The notes beneath the pieces were generated by a model that had not been told where the DNA came from, made no database searches, and saw only the letters and a list, made by a program, of their open reading frames with translations. The position numbers and the translations under genes were made by a program. Shown in pieces: positions 57,533 to 64,000 of a stretch of 64,000 bases of DNA (position 1 is the stretch's first letter; each line of letters opens with the position of its first letter). The DNA comes from a virus (lineage: Duplodnaviria > Caudoviricetes), in the IMG/VR virus record IMGVR_UViG_3300028591_000071. One strand, written 5' to 3'.

Positions 57533-59401
57533 TTATCTTTCCTTTATCCTTACTATAATGTCCGTTCCCGGATTCTTGATTTCAACCATAGTATCGCCAT
57601 CGTTATATATCACGCCATCCGTCACTTCCAAATCCAATATCTCTTCGCCCTCATCATTGATTGCAATAGGCTGCGACGGGGATGTTTGCGAATATCCGTC
57701 ACCCGCACCGTTCTTAGGGGATATCTCGATGCCAATCAAGTTTATGACACCGTCAACCTTTGATACTTCCTTTTCAAGGTCTCCGACATATATCTCTTCG
57801 CCCATCATATGGTCATTGATGTCGAAATATGTACGAACGGTTTTTATGATGTTCTTGACAACATCAGACTTATTGTAATTCTTGTCTATGATGGCGTCAA
57901 CCTTCACCCCGACATTGATTATCCGGCCGGCTTTTATCTCAACGAAATCATTAATCATCCTATACCTTTCAAGATATCTCTCGATATTCTTTATGAGTGT
58001 TATAGGAAGCAGGTCGCTGAGTTTCCCCTCGTTGTCAAGCCCAAGAAGATAGACTGCAATCTTGTTATTTTCTTCTGCAACGCCAACCCTGAACGGGGTT
58101 CCATATCTCGGAGGCATATTCAGAATCCTGTCAACATAATCCTTGACCGTGACACACCTTTCCTGTGCGGCATTATGGTACTTAATCAAATATCTCAACT
58201 CCGCGTTTGACGGCATATCCTTTCCTGAAACGGACGGGGTTGTATTAATGACACTTATTGCGTGTCTTTCGCCCCTATACTCAACGTTCAATTGTGAAAT
58301 CCTGCTTATGGCCCCCGCGGCAACGTTGCTTGACGCACCGCCGCCTACCCTGTAAAGAACATATACGGTACTGTTGGCATTAGGAAGGACACCAAGTGCA
58401 TTGTTGTTGAGAATCCTCGTTATTTGCCACTTTGAGAAATCCGACATCCCGTCCCCGATATTGACGTTTCCAACACCGGAGCCGAAAATTATCTTCAAAT
58501 AGCCATTGTCAGTGTATTCCGTAATGAATTTGTGCGAAACAGGCTCCCATTTACCCTTCGTTACGCAATATATCGGCTTTCCTGATGACGAGTAATAATA
58601 ACGCTTGGCTATATTTGTTTTCTCGTCAATATCATCAGTCCATCTGTCGGGCTGTGCAAGGTTGTCAACTTCGAAAAACCTTGTGATAAGTCCCTCGCAA
58701 ACAATCTCTCTGTTGTCATAGAACTGTCCATATGAAGGAACATTGTCTGTTGACTTACCCTCAGCAATAAGGACTGATTCGACGTTCATTACATTTTCAG
58801 CCGGAAGGATAATCTCCATAAATGGCTTTATGTCCTCAGGTGAAAGGCTCTGTCTGTATATCCTCGTGTCTCCCGCAACGACAACGGCAAGTTTGGATAC
58901 GGTATATCCCGTTATTACGCCATTGGTGTTAACATTTGGAACTATGGTCCTGTCGCTGACGCCATCATCGTTGAACTGAGACTTGAAGTCCACATCGTAG
59001 AGCAATTCGAACTGCTGTGATGCGGAACCAACCTTCGTTCCCCTCTTCACTATCGGCGCTTCTTCCCAATTAGGGTACTGCCCGTTTGCCGGCAACTGAC
59101 AAGAAAACCTTACCTCGGCCATTGAACCCTTCGGCCCCGGTATTTTCACTCCGTTGTTCCTTGCAATGTTATAGAGTGATGCACGTTCATTTGCGCTGTC
59201 AATATTCGTTTCCTGATAAACCCTGTCAATATGATACGAAAGGTCATCGGCAACCGCAGCATTGATTCCTATAAGCCACGCTGCAACTGAAGCGTCATCG
59301 TATGTTACATTGAATTCAGGAAAATACTTCTTTGAATATTCCACCAACGCCCTTCTGTAATCGGCGTATGTCCTGTTTAAATATGATATACCCTTTTCCA
59401 T
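57533..59401 (-). CDS. Baseplate wedge subunit (T4 gp6/baseplate J-like)
   Basis: YLNRTY, IARNNG.K, IIFGSG, YRVGGG..SNV..G.I, AQERCVT.KDY motifs. Confidence 0.85.
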   Translation of the reverse strand: MEKGISYLNRTYADYRRALVEYSKKYFPEFNVTYDDASVAAWLIGINAAVADDLSYHIDRVYQETNIDSANERASLYNIARNNGVKIPGPKGSMAEVRFSCQLPANGQYPNWEEAPIVKRGTKVGSASQQFELLYDVDFKSQFNDDGVSDRTIVPNVNTNGVITGYTVSKLAVVVAGDTRIYRQSLSPEDIKPFMEIILPAENVMNVESVLIAEGKSTDNVPSYGQFYDNREIVCEGLITRFFEVDNLAQPDRWTDDIDEKTNIAKRYYYSSSGKPIYCVTKGKWEPVSHKFITEYTDNGYLKIIFGSGVGNVNIGDGMSDFSKWQITRILNNNALGVLPNANSTVYVLYRVGGGASSNVAAGAISRISQLNVEYRGERHAISVINTTPSVSGKDMPSNAELRYLIKYHNAAQERCVTVKDYVDRILNMPPRYGTPFRVGVAEENNKIAVYLLGLDNEGKLSDLLPITLIKNIERYLERYRMINDFVEIKAGRIINVGVKVDAIIDKNYNKSDVVKNIIKTVRTYFDINDHMMGEEIYVGDLEKEVSKVDGVINLIGIEISPKNGAGDGYSQTSPSQPIAINDEGEEILDLEVTDGVIYNDGDTMVEIKNPGTDIIVRIKER

Positions 59402-59404
59402 CTC

Positions 59405-59794
59405 TTAAAGTTTTATTGATACGGTTGTATCTTCTATCTTATTACCGATTGTTACTGAATATGACAGCGAAACGATTACCCCGTTTTCTGAAGTCTCGTC
59501 ACTGTATACCGTTATGTCCTTGAATTTTGCCGCAGGCACATACTTGTTGACCTGTCTTGTTATCTCGCCTTTTATTTCCGCATATGATTCATCATCCTTC
59601 GGACCGAAAATATAGTTGATTAGATTCGTCCCGAAATCAGGATTCCTTACCATCTGTCCCCTTGGCGTAAACACGACGTGTACCACCTGTGACTTTATGC
59701 TTTCCGAATAGGTTTTATTGACATCCATATAGATATTGTCAATGTTGTTATTCGAAAATGGATATTTTATTCCATATGTCTGTCCTTTAACCAT
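59405..59794 (-). CDS. Baseplate protein, gp25/GPW-like (sheath initiator)
   Basis: IKSQV.HVVFTPRGQ.VRNPDFGTNL..YIF.P. Confidence 0.88.
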   Translation of the reverse strand: MVKGQTYGIKYPFSNNNIDNIYMDVNKTYSESIKSQVVHVVFTPRGQMVRNPDFGTNLINYIFGPKDDESYAEIKGEITRQVNKYVPAAKFKDITVYSDETSENGVIVSLSYSVTIGNKIEDTTVSIKL

Positions 59795-59811
59795 CTATAA
59801 ACGATTTTTAC

Positions 59812-59819
59812 ATAAATAG
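59812..59819 (-). promoter_or_regulatory. Putative late promoter motif CTATTTAT
   Basis: About 18 nt upstream of the gp25-like start, heading the 20-kb baseplate operon. Confidence 0.65.
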
Positions 59820-59874
59820 TAATGAGCATATTTTCACTCTCCTTAAAATAAAGACTTAATCGCTAATAGTGAAT

Positions 59875-59901
59875 AAAAAACGCGGTCAAAAAACCGCGTT
59901 T
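59875..59901 (-). terminator. Intrinsic terminator after the GT gene
   Basis: aaacgcggt/accgcgttt inverted repeat with a U tract. Confidence 0.75.
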
Positions 59902-59904
59902 CCA

Positions 59905-62900
59905 TTAAGTGTACATTCCTTCTTCCTGTTTTTCATATGGAATCTTCAAAATCTTCTCGTCCTTGAAATTATGCTGCAGCCATAATGTCCAAACTCTCTC
60001 TGAAAGGAATCCGAGAATCGAGCATTGCCACTTGAACGCCCTCTCAGGTATGTTCCTGTTTCCCTCATATCTCGGGTATTTTCCCACTTCGAGGTTATAC
60101 TTCACGTGTTCCTCAAGTTCTTTCTGCGAATGGATGCCCGTCATCGTAAGATATCCGTCAAGACACTTGAACAAGAACTCACAGTATCTGTCATAGTCCT
60201 CGGCTTTCATTATGAACCCGTTTGAATAATATAGGTTCGGCCCGTTCTTGATGTATTTGTCGTAGTCTTCCGCATAATCAGGGTAGAACGCCTTTATAGC
60301 CATCTCCAACACATAGAGGTCATCAACGCAGTTTGAGAAAGCATAGCCCTGCTCTACGGTATCAGCGGGTATGACCATCGGCTCTTTCTCTGTAGGTGTC
60401 TTGTGGTCAGGATGATAGAATGGCTCGCAAGTAATCACATCATACTTCTCAAGCGTTTTCTCGATATCAAGTTCCGTAATCCCGCTGAACGGCCTTCTGT
60501 ACTGCATCTGTCCCTTAATCTTCGCATCATGGACATTCTTCCAAATCCAATATGTTCCCGTATTCTCGATATAGAGATAATTCTTGTCGGAAATATTATC
60601 TCCCGTATTGTCCTTCGTCCTGCAGACATCTGTTCCGTTTGCCGCCCCAACCTGCAGCGGCGTGATGCAATCGGTGTTGATGAATTCGAAATTCTTCTGC
60701 GCATAACATAGTGAATAAACCTTGATATCGTCTCTCTTCGGCACTATTGCTTCTTCCTTCGGGAGGAGATAACTCATATCGATTCCAAGTTCGTCCTTGA
60801 ATATCTGCACCTTTTCCTTAGTCACCTCGTTGGTTCTGAAGAAACGGGTTTCAATAAGGTTCTTTACGCGGCTTCCGTCCCACAATTGGTCAGGGAAGCC
60901 CCTCCTCATCTTTTCGCAATATTCTCTTGCCGTCTTTGTCGTATAATGCCTGAATGCTGCGATTTGGAAATCAACCGGAGCAAACGGGGACTCTGAATCA
61001 ACGTGAAAACCCACATTGTTGCAACATCTTAGATTGTTCGGCGACGGTGTGTGGGTAAATCCCTTTCCTTCCCACTTTATATCGTCAAGTCCGCCCCTAA
61101 TGATTGAACTGACATGCATATCCTCAGGGAAATTATAGGCAATGCACCTGTCTGCGGGAATAGGGTCGGGAAATCTTACCCACAAGGGCTCATCAGTGAC
61201 ATCGGTCTTCCCGCAGTCTCCGAATGTCATAAGGTTTACGTGAATCATGTCGTAATTTCTGAACTGCGGCATCGCAAGATATTGACCGACGGTCATCTGT
61301 CTTGCAAACGTAAGATATTCATCACCACAGTCAATGAAGAGAATCCAATCGTAATCGTTCTTCATCTCCGCATAACAATCAGTATAACACTTCAACTGAA
61401 TGACCTTCTGCCCGCGAACATCGACGATTTCAACAAAACCATCATTGATGTAATCACCAATGACATCTTCGAAACGTTCCCCGTCAGGGTCGTTATTGTC
61501 ATAAATCCTAATGTGTGTAATTCCAAGATTCCTGTACCACTCCACATAATGGCGGACATATCTGTTCTCATTCTTTCCGATGCAGCAAATGAGTGTCTTA
61601 ATCTCTTCTGCCGTCTTGTATTTCGGTTCCTCGATTCCAAGTTCAGGGAAACGCTGCATAAACCTCTTCCTTTCCTCTACGGCTTCGGTATTCGGGTAAG
61701 ACACCCCTTGTGGATGGAAAAGTGTCACGGTATCATCAATAACCGTCTTAAGCCCCATCTGTTTTGCAAGATAATAATGAGCCTCGCCGCCCCATCCGTA
61801 CTTGTTATCCTCGAAATTTTGGAACGGATAGATACGGTCTGCAATATCCTTCCTTACTAGACGGAACCACCCTTCAGCACCTTCAACCACACGGAAGCCG
61901 TTCGAGCCCTGTTTGAACTGATGTAGATTCTCAGCAATGAATCTCGTCTGTCCCATACATTTTGACCCAGGCTCTGCAGACGGCTCATAAACGCCGACAT
62001 CATTTGACTGTACTACCTTCTGCACCGAATTGATGAGTGCCGTCACATATTTCTCGTCTCGCATCTCAACATCGGAATCAACGGTCATCATCCACTTCGT
62101 TCCGTCTTCCACCATCTTGTTGTAGGTTATAATCCTCTGTCCACCATTGTAAACATTATGTTCCAAAAGGATATGCGGGTCATTGCCGAACTCCCCGAAA
62201 GGATTGCCAAGACCGTTATCAAGGCACTTCGTATCAATAATATATGTATCAAAATAATCCTTGAACCTACGATACCATAATGCAGCGTTCTCGTCATTAC
62301 CATAGTTAAGGATTGCGAATGTCACTTCGGTTTTAAGGTTGCCGAACGCATCATAATCTATGAACTGTTTCCAGAATTCCCAATCGTATCTCTTGTAAGC
62401 GTGGCATCCAAATGGAAGTTTGTTCCCGTTTTGCTTGTATTGAATCGAAGGGGAAACCTCAAGCGAGAATAATGATGCCTCCTGAGGGGTAGGGATATTG
62501 AGAGATTTGTCAAAATTAGCCGCAAAGAATCCGTCATCGGTTCCTTCGTGCGGAAGCCCCTTGCCGAGGAATTTCTTAAGGTATGTTATAATCGAATCGA
62601 TTTTCCTGAGTGAAAAACCTCCGTTGCCAACGAACAGCCCCCTGTCAGAGAACCACTTTACGAAAAACGGCGCACCGATATAATCATATCCTTTGTCGCA
62701 CCACATATCGAGTTCGTCACGGAAAACCCAGCAATCGGTCTGATAAACCAACATATATTCGTAGTCCGCAAACCTCTCGTAAAATTCGACGGAATTCATA
62801 AGCCGTCCATAATCAAGGCGTGATTTGAAATAATCTGCCTTAAATCTCTCAGAAGCCCATGTCTCGCCTAATGGAAATGAATATTCCTGAACATCCATTC

Positions 62901-63801
62901 CTTCAGGGCAAACAAGCCTTATATCATATTTTCCAAGAACGGAACGCAACCTTATCAGCGACTGCCTTTCATCTTCACTCACCTGCGGTTTGTATGCAGG
63001 AACTATTATAACACATTTCTTATTTTCCATATTTTTGCATTTTTTAAATTTGTACGGCTCAACTTCTTTATTAAACATATATTTTTTGTTCTTCGTTATT
63101 TTTACAGGTATCCTTACATATGTTCCATGCCAAAACATCTTAAAATAACTTCCATCCAAGATATTGTCGCCAAGCGGAAGGACTTTCAAATGGCTGTACT
63201 CACTATTGACAACAAATGAGAATATAACTTGGTCAAGTCTGTCAATTCTCGACTCATAAGCAAGTTGCCTCATTAGCGAAAGTGTTTTATCACATATCTC
63301 CCTGTTGGTTTCAGTATTCTTATGAATCATTACATTGCCCTGAAATATACCCAAATATCCATCAACATCATATCCGCTATCCCTTATGAATCCAAGTGTC
63401 TTTTCCGTCTGTCCATGTTTATAGTTTCTGTATTTTTCCCAAACGGACAACTCCTCAGCAAAATTATATCTCTCAGGGTGTATGAACAACCCAATATCAT
63501 ATCCGCCCTTTATAAATGTTTCATATATCTCATCTGTATCTCCACATGGGGTCGTTGTTCCATCTATCCTTATAACAACATCCGTAGAAACATAATCAAA
63601 CGGATTGAACCTAATAGTATAACAAAGGTCCATATTGTCTTCCGGGTGTTCATTTTCAACATAAACAACATTCCAAGTTGAAGATGTTATGCTTTTGTCA
63701 TCCGTCACATAAACATATTCGCAATTTTCGGACGGGTTCTCAACTTCGTGCAAAACCTCATATCCTCCTATGTTGTATGTTAATATACTATATTTTTTCA
63801 T
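59905..63801 (-). CDS. Five-domain glycosyltransferase fusion (DUF616-like, DUF5672-like, GT-A, GT2_4/GT92-like, DUF4422-like)
   Basis: VTDD/RIDG/HPER/DQV; YQTDCWVF..YDYIGAP..VGNGGFSLR..PFGCHA; VDSDV; KNE..Y...Y..LG..IYDNND..FIDCGDEY; PLQVGA..DNTGDNISDKN..Y.E.T..YWIWKN..QYRR..GFLSER. Confidence 0.85.
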   Translation of the reverse strand: MKKYSILTYNIGGYEVLHEVENPSENCEYVYVTDDKSITSSTWNVVYVENEHPEDNMDLCYTIRFNPFDYVSTDVVIRIDGTTTPCGDTDEIYETFIKGGYDIGLFIHPERYNFAEELSVWEKYRNYKHGQTEKTLGFIRDSGYDVDGYLGIFQGNVMIHKNTETNREICDKTLSLMRQLAYESRIDRLDQVIFSFVVNSEYSHLKVLPLGDNILDGSYFKMFWHGTYVRIPVKITKNKKYMFNKEVEPYKFKKCKNMENKKCVIIVPAYKPQVSEDERQSLIRLRSVLGKYDIRLVCPEGMDVQEYSFPLGETWASERFKADYFKSRLDYGRLMNSVEFYERFADYEYMLVYQTDCWVFRDELDMWCDKGYDYIGAPFFVKWFSDRGLFVGNGGFSLRKIDSIITYLKKFLGKGLPHEGTDDGFFAANFDKSLNIPTPQEASLFSLEVSPSIQYKQNGNKLPFGCHAYKRYDWEFWKQFIDYDAFGNLKTEVTFAILNYGNDENAALWYRRFKDYFDTYIIDTKCLDNGLGNPFGEFGNDPHILLEHNVYNGGQRIITYNKMVEDGTKWMMTVDSDVEMRDEKYVTALINSVQKVVQSNDVGVYEPSAEPGSKCMGQTRFIAENLHQFKQGSNGFRVVEGAEGWFRLVRKDIADRIYPFQNFEDNKYGWGGEAHYYLAKQMGLKTVIDDTVTLFHPQGVSYPNTEAVEERKRFMQRFPELGIEEPKYKTAEEIKTLICCIGKNENRYVRHYVEWYRNLGITHIRIYDNNDPDGERFEDVIGDYINDGFVEIVDVRGQKVIQLKCYTDCYAEMKNDYDWILFIDCGDEYLTFARQMTVGQYLAMPQFRNYDMIHVNLMTFGDCGKTDVTDEPLWVRFPDPIPADRCIAYNFPEDMHVSSIIRGGLDDIKWEGKGFTHTPSPNNLRCCNNVGFHVDSESPFAPVDFQIAAFRHYTTKTAREYCEKMRRGFPDQLWDGSRVKNLIETRFFRTNEVTKEKVQIFKDELGIDMSYLLPKEEAIVPKRDDIKVYSLCYAQKNFEFINTDCITPLQVGAANGTDVCRTKDNTGDNISDKNYLYIENTGTYWIWKNVHDAKIKGQMQYRRPFSGITELDIEKTLEKYDVITCEPFYHPDHKTPTEKEPMVIPADTVEQGYAFSNCVDDLYVLEMAIKAFYPDYAEDYDKYIKNGPNLYYSNGFIMKAEDYDRYCEFLFKCLDGYLTMTGIHSQKELEEHVKYNLEVGKYPRYEGNRNIPERAFKWQCSILGFLSERVWTLWLQHNFKDEKILKIPYEKQEEGMYT

Positions 63802-64000
63802 TTTAGTCCACTTACTAATTCATTATATAAGTCCTCTTTTTCCTGTGTCCACTCATTTTGGCTGAAAAACATATTCATATTCAAGGCATTCGGGTCTAAC
63901 GAAAGGGCCCACCCCTTCCTTATCTTATTGGTAACAAATTCTTCTATGGTTTTCATCGAATAATGATTAAGAGCAACATTCTCATAACCGCAACCGCCTC
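63798..64000 (-). CDS. Glycosyltransferase (GT2_4/GT92-like), C-terminal fragment; runs off the window end
   Basis: LNHYSMKTIEEFVTNKIRKG...FFSQNEWTQEK parallels domain 4 of the fusion (FRHYTTKTAREYCEKMRRG...FFRTNEVTKEK); ATGA overlap. Confidence 0.75.
   Translation of the reverse strand, partial: GGCGYENVALNHYSMKTIEEFVTNKIRKGWALSLDPNALNMNMFFSQNEWTQEKEDLYNELVSGLK

Noticed and set aside
1-64000. Stop-codon recoding (TAG or TGA), as in Lak or some crAss-like phages
   Set aside because: Genes up to 8 kb are open in the standard code, and all three stops end genes at tight junctions. The in-frame TAG between 19253 and 19275 is an isolated case.

Overview
A 64 kb, gene-dense fragment of a large (jumbo-type) contractile-tailed dsDNA phage genome, standard genetic code. 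The host is probably Bacteroidota, inferred from a Bacteroidetes-type sigma factor, one TTTG-N20-TAnnTTTG promoter, and BspA-LRR, BACON-like and Listeria-Bacteroides repeat domains. Small DNA-metabolism islands (Mre11/SbcD-like nuclease, primase, RuvC-like resolvase, Rad50/SbcC ATPase, sigma70-family factor) sit behind sigma70-like promoters. They are interleaved with virion-gene blocks preceded by a recurrent (C/A)TATTTAT motif: probable head-internal proteins, a T4-t-like holin, collagen-like and HxH-repeat fibres, a 2753-aa CotH-like/LRR protein, large baseplate-associated proteins, and gp6-like and gp25-like wedge proteins. The window ends with a five-domain glycosyltransferase fusion and part of a second GT gene. 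The best candidate for a new system is a phage-encoded virion glycosylation pathway: an S-[A/G]-x-T tetrapeptide is strongly enriched in fibre and peripheral baseplate proteins and absent from the replication enzymes. Other points of interest are an Mre11/Rad50 pair that seems split at a non-canonical point, a plug-and-socket motif set shared among fibre proteins, and a mosaic head-cargo protein. I found no tRNA, rRNA, CRISPR array, integrase or transposase. All family assignments come from motif recognition by eye, not database searches.
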